Shown one piece after another: positions 1 to 9,441 of a DNA stretch of 64,000 nt. The stretch comes from Verrucomicrobiota bacterium (GTDB lineage: Bacteria > Auribacterota > JABMQX01 > JAFGEW01), in NCBI GenBank assembly GCA_016931415.1, contig JAFGEW010000099.1:18522-82521 (forward strand). Reading direction: 5' to 3'. A program made the translations under genes and the position numbers. The notes beneath the pieces were generated by a model. It did not search any database. It worked only from the letters and a program-made list of their open reading frames with translations, and was not told the DNA's origin. The stretch's first letter is position 1. Every line of letters begins with the position of its first letter.

Positions 1-455
1 AGCATTGGATGCGTGAGGCGTTGCGGGAGGCGGCGAAGGCGGCTGAACGCGACGAGGTGCCGGTCGGATGTGTCATTGTGCACGAGGGGCGCGTGGTCGG
101 GCGGGGGCATAATCAGACGGAGATGCTCCGCGACGCGACGGCGCACGCCGAGATGCTGGCGCTGACGCAGGCGGCCGAGGCGCTGGGCGGCTGGCGGCTC
201 ACGGGTTGCACGCTCTACTGCACGATCGAGCCGTGCACGATGTGCTGCGGGGCGATGGTGCTCAGTCGCGTGACGCGACTCGTGTACGGCGCGGCGGACC
301 CGAAGTTCGGCGCGGTGGTGAGCATCGCCGACGTATTGAACAACCCGCGCCACAACCACAAGGTGCAGGTCATCGGCGGTGTGTGCGCCGATGAGGCGGC
401 TCAGATCATGAAAACCTTCTTCCAGGCGCGTCGCAACAAGAAGGAACCGGACTGA
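1..455 (+). CDS. tadA: tRNA-specific adenosine deaminase, 5' end probably just outside the window
   Basis: EVPVG, HAE and TIEPCTMC zinc-deaminase motifs; the frame is open upstream of the ATG at 9 (His-Trp-Met). Confidence 0.93.
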   Translation, partial: HWMREALREAAKAAERDEVPVGCVIVHEGRVVGRGHNQTEMLRDATAHAEMLALTQAAEALGGWRLTGCTLYCTIEPCTMCCGAMVLSRVTRLVYGAADPKFGAVVSIADVLNNPRHNHKVQVIGGVCADEAAQIMKTFFQARRNKKEPD

Positions 456-463
456 TTCCTGCC

Positions 464-589
464 CCGTGTCCCCCATGCTCCCCGTGGCGCGTCCTCCAGA
501 TTCCCCAAAACCACGGAGACCACGGGGGACACGGAGGGGGAGTAGGCACACTCTGTGCTTGGCTGTGGTGCCTGTGCAGATCTGTGGTT
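464..589. repeat. Imperfect palindromic repeat built from 9-10 bp CACGG/CTGTG units
   Basis: 464-487 is the reverse complement of 511-534 at 21/24 positions; CTGTG recurs at 553, 563, 572 and 582. Confidence 0.7.
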
Positions 590-619
590 CTTTCCTTCCG
601 GAATCGGCGGAGGTCGGTT

Positions 620-1543
620 ATGGATTCGATCAAGGTTTTCGCGCCCGCGACGATCGGCAACATCGGCCCCGGCTTCGACGTGCTCGGACTGGCGGTCACG
701 GCGCTGGGCGACACCATCGAGGCGCGCAGGATCCCCGACGGTGTCCGCATCGCCGGGATCACCGGTCTTAACGGCGACATCCCGATCGAGGCCGACAAGA
801 ACACGGCAGGCATCGCGGCGCGCGAAGTGCTTCGACTGATTCACGCCGGTGGCGGGGTCGAGCTCAGGATCCACAAGAACGTCGCCTCGGCTGCCGGGCT
901 GGGCTCGAGCGCGGCGAGTGCGGCGGGCGCGGCGTTCGCCGTCAACGAGCTCTATCAGGGCCGGCTGACGCCCAACGACCTCATCCTGCCGGCAACGATG
1001 GCCGAGGCGGCCGTGAGCGGCGGCTTTTTCGCCGACAACACGGCACCCGCGCTCCTCGGCGGAGCGACACTGACGCGCTGTCACGAGCCGCTCGACGTGG
1101 TGCGGCTCGGTTCGATCCGCGACCTGCTCATCGTGGTGGCGACACCCGAGTTCAAGCTCACAACCAAGAAGGCGCGCGCTGTATTGCCCGAGTATATCCC
1201 GCTCCGGTCGTTCGTCGAGAACATGGCGAACTCGTGCCTCATGGTGGCGGCGTTCACGACGGGCGACATCAGCCTCCTTGGGCGGTGTGTCAGCGACAGC
1301 GTGATCGAGCCGGTGCGCGCGCACCTCATCCCCGGTTTCTACGATGTGAAGTATGCGGCGCTCGATGCCGGCGCGCACGGCTGCTCGATCAGCGGGGCGG
1401 GACCGTCGGTGTTCGCCGTGACGGACAACATCAGCAAGGCGCACACGATCGGCGAAGCGATGGTCAGGGCGTTCGCCGGCGCCAACGTTCAAAGCACGTC
1501 GCAGATCGTGAAGATGGAGAGCGATGGCTGCCGCATCATCTAG
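620..1543 (+). CDS. thrB: Homoserine kinase
   Basis: APATIGNIGPGFD N-terminus, GLGSSAAS GHMP-kinase loop, ISGAGPS; GGAGG RBS before ATG 620. Confidence 0.95.
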   Translation: MDSIKVFAPATIGNIGPGFDVLGLAVTALGDTIEARRIPDGVRIAGITGLNGDIPIEADKNTAGIAAREVLRLIHAGGGVELRIHKNVASAAGLGSSAASAAGAAFAVNELYQGRLTPNDLILPATMAEAAVSGGFFADNTAPALLGGATLTRCHEPLDVVRLGSIRDLLIVVATPEFKLTTKKARAVLPEYIPLRSFVENMANSCLMVAAFTTGDISLLGRCVSDSVIEPVRAHLIPGFYDVKYAALDAGAHGCSISGAGPSVFAVTDNISKAHTIGEAMVRAFAGANVQSTSQIVKMESDGCRII

Positions 1544-2819
1544 GTCGCGCGCGCGCGACGCGCGTTCGCAATTCCGGTGCATCGAGTGCGCGGCGGTATA
1601 TCCGCTCGACGAGGTGCGCTACCGGTGCGACTGCGGCGGTCTGCTCGAGGTCATCACCGATCTCGCCTCGTTTGGTCGCACCGCCTCCGCGTGGAAGGCG
1701 CACTGGGCGCAACACCGCCATGAGGTGGCCTTCGTCCGCTACAAGGACCTGCTGCTTCCCGACCTTCCCGACGACGAGATCGTGTCGCTTTGCGAGGGGG
1801 ATACGCCGCTCTACCCGGCGGGCGAGCGCGTGCGCGCCTACTGCGGCGTGCGCGAGCTGTGGCTCAAGCACGAGGGGATGAACCCGACGTTGAGCTTCAA
1901 GGACCGCGGGATGGTGGCCGGGGTGTCGTGGGCCAAGCATCTCGGTGCGACACGCGTGATCTGTGCCTCGACGGGCGACACATCTGCGGCGATGGCGGCC
2001 TACGCGGCGCGCGCGGGCATCCTGAGCGCCGTGCTGCTGCCGCACGGCAAGGTGTCGGCCGAGCAGCTCTCTCAGGCGATCACCTACGGCGCGCGCGTCG
2101 TTGAGCTCGAGACGGATTTCGACGGCTGCATGCGCTGCGTGCAGGAGCTCGCTGAAGACCCGCGCGTCTACCTGCTCAACTCGATGAACAGCATCCGCAT
2201 CGAGGGCCAAAAGGCGATCGGCATCGAGACGCTCGATCAACTCGGGTGGCGCGCGCCCGACTACTTCGTCGTGCCTGTCGGCAACGCGGGCAACATTTCG
2301 GCGCTGGGCAAGGGGCTGCGCGACCTGCGGGAGCTCAGCGTCATTGACCGGCTGCCGCGTCTTGTCGGCGCGCAGGCCGAACGGGCGAATCCGCTGTACA
2401 CAAGCTACATCCGCGGCTTCGTGCCGCTCGAGCCGGTCGCCGCAGGCGAGACGGTCGCCAGTGCGATGCGGATCGGCAACCCGGTGAGCTTCAAGAAGGC
2501 CGTGCGCGAACTCAAGGCGAGCAACGGGCTTGTCGAGCAGGCGAGCGAGGACGAGATCATGGATGCGCGCGCCGTCGTGGACCAGAGTGGCGTGGCCATC
2601 TGCCCCAACTCGGCGACAGCCGTGGCCGTCGTACGCAAGCTGCGGATCAGCGGCGCGATCGCCGAGGACTCGAGCGTCGTCGTGATGCTGACGGGCCATG
2701 GCGCGAAGTTCTCCGACAGCGCGCGCCGCTATCACGAGAGCGCCACGTCGCGGTTCGCCAATCACCCGGTGGTCGTCGGTGCCCACCTCGCCACTGTGCG
2801 CGAGACGCTCGGGCTGTAG
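1524..2819 (+). CDS. thrC: Threonine synthase
   Basis: NPTLSFKDRG PLP-lysine motif, ASTGDTS, PVGNAGN; overlaps the thrB stop. Confidence 0.95.
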   Translation: MAAASSRSRARDARSQFRCIECAAVYPLDEVRYRCDCGGLLEVITDLASFGRTASAWKAHWAQHRHEVAFVRYKDLLLPDLPDDEIVSLCEGDTPLYPAGERVRAYCGVRELWLKHEGMNPTLSFKDRGMVAGVSWAKHLGATRVICASTGDTSAAMAAYAARAGILSAVLLPHGKVSAEQLSQAITYGARVVELETDFDGCMRCVQELAEDPRVYLLNSMNSIRIEGQKAIGIETLDQLGWRAPDYFVVPVGNAGNISALGKGLRDLRELSVIDRLPRLVGAQAERANPLYTSYIRGFVPLEPVAAGETVASAMRIGNPVSFKKAVRELKASNGLVEQASEDEIMDARAVVDQSGVAICPNSATAVAVVRKLRISGAIAEDSSVVVMLTGHGAKFSDSARRYHESATSRFANHPVVVGAHLATVRETLGL

Positions 2820-2867
2820 GACGGGAGAACCACGAGGCGCACGAAGAACACGGGGCAAGCTCTTCCC

Positions 2868-2896
2868 TTGACCTGCCTGAGGCTCCGCTTTATTGT
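2868..2896 (+). promoter_or_regulatory. Sigma70-type promoter for tRNA-Ser
   Basis: TTGACC-N17-TATTGT, 14 nt upstream of the tRNA. Confidence 0.7.
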
Positions 2897-2910
2897 ACGG
2901 CACCACTCAC

Positions 2911-3000
2911 GGAGAGGTGCCAGAGTGGTCGAATGGGGCGGTCTCGAAAACCGTTGACCTGGTAACAGGTCCGTGGGTTCGAATCCCACCCTCTCCGCCA
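2911..3000 (+). tRNA. tRNA-Ser (anticodon CGA)
   Basis: GGAGAGG acceptor strand pairs with CCTCTCC-G-CCA; anticodon arm GCGGT-CTCGAAA-ACCGT; long variable arm; GTTCGAATC T-loop. Confidence 0.97.
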
Positions 3001-3290
3001 TGCTGTTCATCAACGCGTTCTCTGGAGGCATGCTGCGACAACGCACATCCTGCAACACATGCCAACACCCTGCCGCAGTCGGCCGCTTGCGCCAGGGAAG
3101 GACAGAGCCTGTGCCGGGTGGGAAGGCGATGGCTCGCCACGAGGTCGCGGGATGCTCTGGAAGTCGAGCGGATCCCTGATGCATGAAGGCATTGCTGCAT
3201 GGAGAACCTGATCGGGTCGCGGCCCAGCCACTGAAGCAGCGGGGGCTGGAGAGAAGCCGCGTTCTGACGGAAGAACGCGTGCTTTTTCGC

Positions 3291-3344
3291 TGGACTTGTG
3301 GTGGGGCTGGTTGTATAAGACGAGGATTGTGAAATAATTCACGA
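3291..3344 (+). promoter_or_regulatory. hox promoter with a Rex operator
   Basis: TGGACT-N17-TATAAG at 3291-3319, then TTGTGAA-ATAA-TTCACGA at 3327-3344 (13/14 match to the Rex consensus TTGTGAA-N4-TTCACAA). Confidence 0.75.
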
Positions 3345-3397
3345 ATTGACGACTTGGCGCGTCGTCCAGGTTCGAACCGAGCGAACAGAGGTAGTGC

Positions 3398-5212
3398 ATG
3401 AGCGGTCTTGAAGCGGAAATCAAGGCGATCTGCAAGGCGGTCGGCAATGATCGAACACGTACAATGGACATCGTGCGCGCCGTGCAGGACAAGCACGGCT
3501 GCGTCTCGAGCGAAGCAATCGACGTGATCGCCAAGCAGGTGGGCACGCCGCGGGTCGAGGTCGAGGGCGTGGTTTCGTTCTACTCGTTCCTCTCCGAGCA
3601 GCCCAAGGGCAAGGTGGTCATCCGGCTCTGTCACGACATTATTGATCAGATGCAGGGGTGCGACCGGGTGGCGCAGGCGTTCGCGGAGGAGCTGGGGATC
3701 GCGTTTGGCGAGACTACGCCGGACGGGATGATCTCGCTCGAGTACGCGGCTTGCATCGGGATGAGCGATCAGGCGCCGGCGGCGTTGGTCAATGACGTGG
3801 TGGTGACGCACCTGTCGAGCGACGCGGCGCGCGAGATCGTGCGCAAGCTCAAAGCGGACCCGGATCCGAAGCGCCTCGTGGCGAGCTTGGGCGACGGCAA
3901 CAACGCCCACCCCAAAGTGCAGTCCATGGTGATGAACAACATCCGCGTGCGCGGACCCGTCGTGTTGGCCGACTTCGATTCCGGCGAGGGGCTGCGCAAG
4001 GCAGTGGCGATGACACCGGCTGAGGTGATCCGCGACATCAAGACGGCGCGGCTGCGCGGCCGGGGCGGCGCGGGTTTCCCGACGGGGCTCAAGTGGGAGT
4101 TCACACGCAAGGCATCCGGCGATCAGCGCTACGTGCTGTGCAACGCCGACGAGGGCGAGCCGGGCACGTTCAAGGACCGTGTGATTCTGACCGAGCACCC
4201 GGACCTTATGTTCGAGGGCATGACGATCGCCGGCTACGCCATCGGCGCAGAGACGGGCATTGTGTATCTGCGCGGCGAGTACGCATATCTGCGCGCGTTT
4301 CTCGAGGAGGTGCTCGAGACGAGGCGCAAACAGGGGTTGCTCGGCAGGAACGTGTGCCGCAAGGAGGGCTTCAACTTCGACATCCGCATCCAGATGGGTG
4401 CGGGCGCCTATGTGTGCGGCGAGGAGACCGCGCTGATCAGCTCTTGCGAGGGCAAGCGCGGCGACCCGAAGAACCGCCCCCCCTTCCCGGCGCAGAAGGG
4501 CTACCTCGATGGGCCGACGGTGGTGAACAACGTCGAGACGTTCTGTTGCGTCTCGCGTATCCTCGAGAAGGGGCCAGGTTGGTTCGCCGAGTCGGGCTCG
4601 AAGGGCAGTGCGGGCACAAAGCTCCTGAGTATCGCGGGCGATTGCCGCCGGCCGGGCGTCTACGAACTGCCCTTCGGCGTGACGCTGCGCGAGGTGCTCG
4701 ATCTGGCCGGTGCGAGCGACGCGGCCGCCGTGCAGGTCGGCGGGCCGAGCGGCCAGCTTGTCGGGCCGAAAGACTTCGATCGCATGATCTGCTACGACGA
4801 CCTGGCCACAGGCGGCTCGATTATGGTGTTTGGCCCGGAACGCAACGTGCTCGAGGTCGTGCGCGAGTTCCTTGAGTTCTTCGTCGACGAGAGCTGCGGC
4901 TACTGCACGCCGTGCCGCGTGGGCAACGTGCTCATGAAGGAGCGCGTCGAGCAGATCATCGCCGGGCGCGGCGAGCCGGCCGATCTCGACTACCTCCAGG
5001 AACTGGCCGAGACGGTCAAGGCGTGCAGCCGGTGCGGGTTGGGGCAGACGTCGCCCAACCCGGTGCTGACGACGCTCAAGAACTTCCGGCCGGCCTACGA
5101 GGCGCTCGTGAAACAGGACAAGGACGGCTTCCGGCCCACGTTCGTGCTGAGCGAGGCGGTGGGCGATGCGGAAGCGATTAGCGGACGAAAATCAGTCCAC
5201 ACTCACCAATAG
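3398..5212 (+). CDS. hoxF: NAD-reducing [NiFe]-hydrogenase diaphorase large subunit (NuoE-like domain fused to NuoF-like domain)
   Basis: GRGGAGFPTG, NADEGEPGTFKDR, YVCGEETAL, ESCGYCTPC; the NuoE-like domain has an incomplete [2Fe-2S] Cys set (CHDIIDQ, CIGMS), as in Cupriavidus-type HoxF. Confidence 0.92.
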   Translation: MSGLEAEIKAICKAVGNDRTRTMDIVRAVQDKHGCVSSEAIDVIAKQVGTPRVEVEGVVSFYSFLSEQPKGKVVIRLCHDIIDQMQGCDRVAQAFAEELGIAFGETTPDGMISLEYAACIGMSDQAPAALVNDVVVTHLSSDAAREIVRKLKADPDPKRLVASLGDGNNAHPKVQSMVMNNIRVRGPVVLADFDSGEGLRKAVAMTPAEVIRDIKTARLRGRGGAGFPTGLKWEFTRKASGDQRYVLCNADEGEPGTFKDRVILTEHPDLMFEGMTIAGYAIGAETGIVYLRGEYAYLRAFLEEVLETRRKQGLLGRNVCRKEGFNFDIRIQMGAGAYVCGEETALISSCEGKRGDPKNRPPFPAQKGYLDGPTVVNNVETFCCVSRILEKGPGWFAESGSKGSAGTKLLSIAGDCRRPGVYELPFGVTLREVLDLAGASDAAAVQVGGPSGQLVGPKDFDRMICYDDLATGGSIMVFGPERNVLEVVREFLEFFVDESCGYCTPCRVGNVLMKERVEQIIAGRGEPADLDYLQELAETVKACSRCGLGQTSPNPVLTTLKNFRPAYEALVKQDKDGFRPTFVLSEAVGDAEAISGRKSVHTHQ

Positions 5213-5221
5213 GTTTTCAGG

Positions 5222-5932
5222 ATGAGCGAGACGATCCCAATCACCATCGACGGGGTGGAGGTCCAGGCGAAGCCGGGCCAGACCATCCTCGAGGCGGCCG
5301 ACGCGGCGGGCATCTACATCCCGCGGCTCTGTTACCAGAAAGACCTCGTGCCGTTCGGCGCGTGCCGCGTGTGTACGGTGCTCGTCAACGGGCGGCCGCA
5401 GCCGGCGTGTACGCAGCCGGTGGCGCCGGAGATGGTTATCGACAACAGCAGCGAGAAGGTACAGACGTACCGGCGCAACATCATCGAGATGCTGTTCGTC
5501 GAGGGCAACCACTTCTGCATGTTCTGCGAGAAGAGCGGCAACTGCGAGCTCCAGGCGCTCGCGTACCGGTTCGGGATTACGGCGCCAAAGTACCCGTTCC
5601 TGTTTCCGAAGCGCGAGGTTGACGCGTCGCACCCGGACATCTTCGTCGACCATAACCGCTGCATCCTGTGCGCACGCTGCGTGCGGGCCTCGCGCGATGT
5701 GGACGGCAAGAACGTGTTCGGTTTTGTCGGGCGCGGGCCGCACAAGAAGGTGGCGGTCAATGCCGACGCCAACCTGGGCGGGACCGACGCGGCGGCAACC
5801 GACAAGGCGCTGGACATCTGCCCAGTGGGCGCGCTGATGCGCAAGCGCGTCGGCTACGCCGTGCCCGTCGGCCAGCGCGACTACGACACAAAGCCGATCG
5901 GCTCGGACATCGAGACGTCGAAAGCCAAGTGA
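5222..5932 (+). CDS. hoxU: Hydrogenase diaphorase small subunit
   Basis: [2Fe-2S] motif (IPRLC...GACRVC), HFCMFC...C, CILCARCVRAS. Confidence 0.92.
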   Translation: MSETIPITIDGVEVQAKPGQTILEAADAAGIYIPRLCYQKDLVPFGACRVCTVLVNGRPQPACTQPVAPEMVIDNSSEKVQTYRRNIIEMLFVEGNHFCMFCEKSGNCELQALAYRFGITAPKYPFLFPKREVDASHPDIFVDHNRCILCARCVRASRDVDGKNVFGFVGRGPHKKVAVNADANLGGTDAAATDKALDICPVGALMRKRVGYAVPVGQRDYDTKPIGSDIETSKAK

Positions 5933-5943
5933 GGACGAGGACG

Positions 5944-6489
5944 ATGGCGAAACCGAAGGTTGCAACGACATCGCTGGCCGGCTGTTTCGGCTGTCACATG
6001 TCGATTCTGGACATTGACGAGCGGATCCTCAAGCTCGTCGAACTGGTGGACTTCGATAAGTCGCCCATCAACGACATCAAGAAGTTCACGGGGCGGTGCG
6101 CGGTGGGCCTTATCGAGGGCGGCTGCGCGAACGAGGAGAACGTTGAGGTGCTACGCGAGTTCCGCAAGCACTGCGACGTCCTCATCGCCGTGGGCGAGTG
6201 CGCCATCATGGGCGACATCCCGGCGATGCGAAACATGGTGCCGCTCAAAGAGTGTCTCGATGAGGCGTACCTGAACGGACCGAGCGTGTACAACCCGAGC
6301 GGGCAGGTGCCGAACGACCCGGAGATCCCGCTGCTCCTGAACAAGGTGTATCCGATCAATGAGGTCGTGAAGATTGACTACTTCCTGCCGGGGTGCCCGC
6401 CGTCAGCGGACACGATCTGGCAGGCGCTCACGGCGCTGCTCGGCGGCAAGCCCGTCGAGCTGCCCTACGAGCTTATCAAGTACGACTGA
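5944..6489 (+). CDS. hoxY: Group 3d hydrogenase small subunit
   Basis: GCFGCHMS, GECA, PGCPP; short single-cluster form; GAGGA RBS before ATG 5944. Confidence 0.92.
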   Translation: MAKPKVATTSLAGCFGCHMSILDIDERILKLVELVDFDKSPINDIKKFTGRCAVGLIEGGCANEENVEVLREFRKHCDVLIAVGECAIMGDIPAMRNMVPLKECLDEAYLNGPSVYNPSGQVPNDPEIPLLLNKVYPINEVVKIDYFLPGCPPSADTIWQALTALLGGKPVELPYELIKYD

Positions 6490-6508
6490 GCCGATTCGGA
6501 GGACAACG

Positions 6509-7954
6509 GTGGCTTCGACCAATGGCTTGAAACGGATAGCGATTGAGCCGGTGACCCGCGTCGAGGGGCACGGCAAGGTAACCATCCTGCTTGACGCGCA
6601 GAACCGCGTCAAGCAGGCGCGGCTGCACATCGTGGAGTTCCGCGGCTTCGAGCGGTTTATTCAGGGTCGCCTGTTCTGGGAGGTCCCGGTCATCGTGCAG
6701 CGTCTGTGCGGCATCTGCCCGGTGAGCCATCACCTCGCGGGCGCCAAGGCGATGGACCAGATTGTCGGCGGCGAGAACCTCACGCCGACAGCGGAGAAGG
6801 TCCGGCGCCTGATGCACTATGGGCAGACGCTCCAGTCGCATGCGCTCCACTTCTTCCACTTGTGCTCGCCCGACCTGCTGTTCGGGTTCGACGCCGACCC
6901 GGCGATCCGCAACGTGATCGGCGTGGCGGCCAAGTATCCCGAGCTGGCGGTGCAGGGCGTCATGCTGCGCAAGTACGGCCAGGAGATCATCAAGGTCACA
7001 GCGGGCAAGAAGATCCACGGCACGGGCGCGATCCCGGGCGGCGTGAACAAAAACGTCTCCATTGCCGAGCGCGATGCGCTGCTCAAGGACCTCGACCAGA
7101 ACGTCACGTGGGCGCGCAGCGCGCTCAAGCTCGCCAAGGACTATACCGTCGAGCACCTCGAGACGCTGGCGCCGTTCGGGTCGTTTGACTCGAACCACCT
7201 GTCGCTCGTGCGCGCCGATGGGGCAATGGACCTCTATCACGGCAACCTCAAGGCGATCGACGCGGCGGGCAAGGCGATCTTCGACCAGGTTGACTACCAG
7301 AACTACCTCGACTACATCGCCGAGGAAGTGCGGCCCTGGTCGTACATGAAGTTCCCGTTCATCAAGTCGCTCGGGCCGGAGAACGGCTGGTACCGCGTCG
7401 GGCCGCTCGCGCGGCTCAACACGGCCAAGTTCATCGACACGCCCGAGGCCGAGGCGGCGCGCAAGGAGTTCGTAGCCGTCACCGACGGCAAGCCGAACAA
7501 CATCACGATGGCCTACCACTGGGCGCGCCTGATCGAGCTGCTCCACTCGGTCGAGAAGATCAAGGAATTGCTCCACGACCCGGACCTGCAGGGGACGGAT
7601 CTCGTGGTCAAGGGCGAGCGGCGGAATGAAGGGATCGGCCTGATCGAGGCGCCGCGCGGGACGCTGTTCCACCACTACAAGGTGAACGAGAACGATCAGA
7701 TCACGATGGCGAACCTGATCGTTTCGACGACGAACAATAACGAGCCGATGAACCGCGCCGTGCAGCGGGTGGCCGCCGACCACATCTCGGGCAAGCCCGA
7801 AGTGACCGAGGGGCTGCTCAACCACGTCGAGGTGGCGATCCGGGCCTACGATCCGTGCCTGTCGTGCGCGACGCATGCGCTTGGCAAAATGCCGCTCGTT
7901 GTCGAACTGGTTGACTGCGAGGGCAAGCTGGTCGACCGGCGCGCGAAAGGGTAA
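6509..7954 (+). CDS. hoxH: Group 3d [NiFe]-hydrogenase large subunit
   Basis: PVTRVEGHG, L1 RLCGICPVSH, L2 DPCLSCATH with C-terminal extension; GGAGG before GTG 6509. Confidence 0.94.
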   Translation: MASTNGLKRIAIEPVTRVEGHGKVTILLDAQNRVKQARLHIVEFRGFERFIQGRLFWEVPVIVQRLCGICPVSHHLAGAKAMDQIVGGENLTPTAEKVRRLMHYGQTLQSHALHFFHLCSPDLLFGFDADPAIRNVIGVAAKYPELAVQGVMLRKYGQEIIKVTAGKKIHGTGAIPGGVNKNVSIAERDALLKDLDQNVTWARSALKLAKDYTVEHLETLAPFGSFDSNHLSLVRADGAMDLYHGNLKAIDAAGKAIFDQVDYQNYLDYIAEEVRPWSYMKFPFIKSLGPENGWYRVGPLARLNTAKFIDTPEAEAARKEFVAVTDGKPNNITMAYHWARLIELLHSVEKIKELLHDPDLQGTDLVVKGERRNEGIGLIEAPRGTLFHHYKVNENDQITMANLIVSTTNNNEPMNRAVQRVAADHISGKPEVTEGLLNHVEVAIRAYDPCLSCATHALGKMPLVVELVDCEGKLVDRRAKG

Positions 7955-7958
7955 TGTG

Positions 7959-8435
7959 ATGGGTAAGGGCGGTCGGCGCGTACTCGTGATCGGGTACGGC
8001 AATCCGGGCCGCCTCGACGATGGGCTCGGCCCGGCCTTTGCGCGCGAGCTCGAGCGGGCCGGCTTGCCGGGCGTCACGGTCGACGCCGACTACCAGTTGG
8101 CCGTCGAGGACGCGCAGGCGGTGGCCGAGCACGAGGTGGTTGTCTTCGTCGATGCGAGCCTCACGGCGCCTGAGCCGTTCACGTTCCGGCGCATCGAGGC
8201 GAACGCGGGCGGGCAGTTCAGCAGCCACATCGTCGAGCCTGAGGGCGTGCTCGCATTGGCGCAGCAGCTCTTCGGCGCGACGACCGAGGCATACGTGCTC
8301 GGCATTCGGGGCTACGTGTTCGACGAGTTCGGCGAGACGATCTCGGAGCAGGCCCAGGCCAATCTCGCGGCGGCGCTCGCCTTTCTCGAGCGTGTGATCG
8401 GCGAGGGCTCGTTCAGCGAGGCGGCGAAGTCGTGA
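7959..8435 (+). CDS. hoxW: Hydrogenase maturation protease
   Basis: GYGNPGRLDDGLG, VVFVDA and SSH motifs; directly follows hoxH. Confidence 0.88.
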   Translation: MGKGGRRVLVIGYGNPGRLDDGLGPAFARELERAGLPGVTVDADYQLAVEDAQAVAEHEVVVFVDASLTAPEPFTFRRIEANAGGQFSSHIVEPEGVLALAQQLFGATTEAYVLGIRGYVFDEFGETISEQAQANLAAALAFLERVIGEGSFSEAAKS

Positions 8436-8482
8436 AAAGGGTAATCGGTGTTGGATGCCACACCTTCCGATGAGGACGGACC

Positions 8483-8857
8483 ATGCAAGACGGCAAGTAC
8501 GTAATCCTCTGTATTGACGACGACCAGGACATCCTTGAGTCGCTGCGGCTTGTGCTCGAGGCCAACGGCTACATCATGCTCGGCGCGGCGACGGGCGAGG
8601 AGGGTCTGCGCATCTACAAGCAGACGAAGCCGGACCTGCTCATCGTTGACCTGATGATGGAAGAGGTGGACGCCGGCACGAGCTTTGTCAGGGAGCTCAA
8701 GGCCTCCGGCAACACGGCGCCGATCTACATGCTCAGCTCGGTGGGTGACAGCCTCAACCTGAGCGCGGATTACTCCGAGCTCGGGCTCACGGGCGTGTTC
8801 CAGAAGCCGATCGACCCGGAGACGCTGCTCACTATCCTTCGCAAGAAGCTCAAGTAG
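8483..8857 (+). CDS. Single-domain response regulator
   Basis: CIDDD, VDLMM phospho-Asp, MLSS, QKP. Confidence 0.9.
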   Translation: MQDGKYVILCIDDDQDILESLRLVLEANGYIMLGAATGEEGLRIYKQTKPDLLIVDLMMEEVDAGTSFVRELKASGNTAPIYMLSSVGDSLNLSADYSELGLTGVFQKPIDPETLLTILRKKLK

Positions 8858-8969
8858 GCACGCGGACCGGTCGGAACCGCCTCACGAGGCCGCCACTCTC
8901 TGATAGAGGGTCTGTCCGCCGTGGACGATGCAGTCCCGGATGGCCCTGGATGAGACGCGCGCGAGAACG

Positions 8970-9383
8970 ATGGCCGAGCAGAAGACGATCCTCATCATCG
9001 ACGACGATCCCGACGTGCTCGAGGGGATGCGCCTGCCGCTCGAAGTGGGCGGCTACAATGTCGTTGTGGCCACGAGCGGCGAGGAGGGGTTGGCCAAGGT
9101 GCTCGAGTGCGCGCCGAACCTTGTCATCCTCGACGTCATGATGTTCACGCCGACTGAGGGGTTTCACGTCGCCCATACGCTGCGCAGCGATCATCCGGAC
9201 TCGCCCTATGCCAAGTACCGCACCGTGCCGATCCTCATCGTGGCCGCCACCCATCAAGTGACGTCTCTCAGGCCTCATCTCGAAGGCGACGAGGGCGTTT
9301 TGCCGGCCGATGACTTCGTCGAGACACCCGTGGACCCCAAGGCGCTGCTCACGAAGATCGGCAGGTTGCTTGGCGCCCGATAA
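8970..9383 (+). CDS. Single-domain, atypical receiver protein
   Basis: IIDDD and LDVMM present, but IVAA and ETP replace the conserved Thr/Ser and Lys-Pro. Confidence 0.82.
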   Translation: MAEQKTILIIDDDPDVLEGMRLPLEVGGYNVVVATSGEEGLAKVLECAPNLVILDVMMFTPTEGFHVAHTLRSDHPDSPYAKYRTVPILIVAATHQVTSLRPHLEGDEGVLPADDFVETPVDPKALLTKIGRLLGAR

Positions 9384-9441
9384 CCCAGCCGTGCGTGGGC
9401 CAGGATGTCCCTGCACTTGCCCTGCCGTACGGGGATTTCGC

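Noticed and set aside
3001-3290. Possible SRP RNA or integration site after tRNA-Ser
   Set aside because: No SRP helix-8 motif was found, there is no integrase, and I saw no duplicated tRNA 3' end in the window
401-8077. Long antisense and alternative-frame ORFs here and throughout the window (for example 401-1582, 6476-8077, 38764-41472)
   Set aside because: They shadow well-supported genes, are Arg/Ala/Pro-rich and carry no motifs, as expected in high-GC DNA
8858-8969. Possible riboswitch between the two receiver genes
   Set aside because: Only short hairpins; no recognisable aptamer consensus
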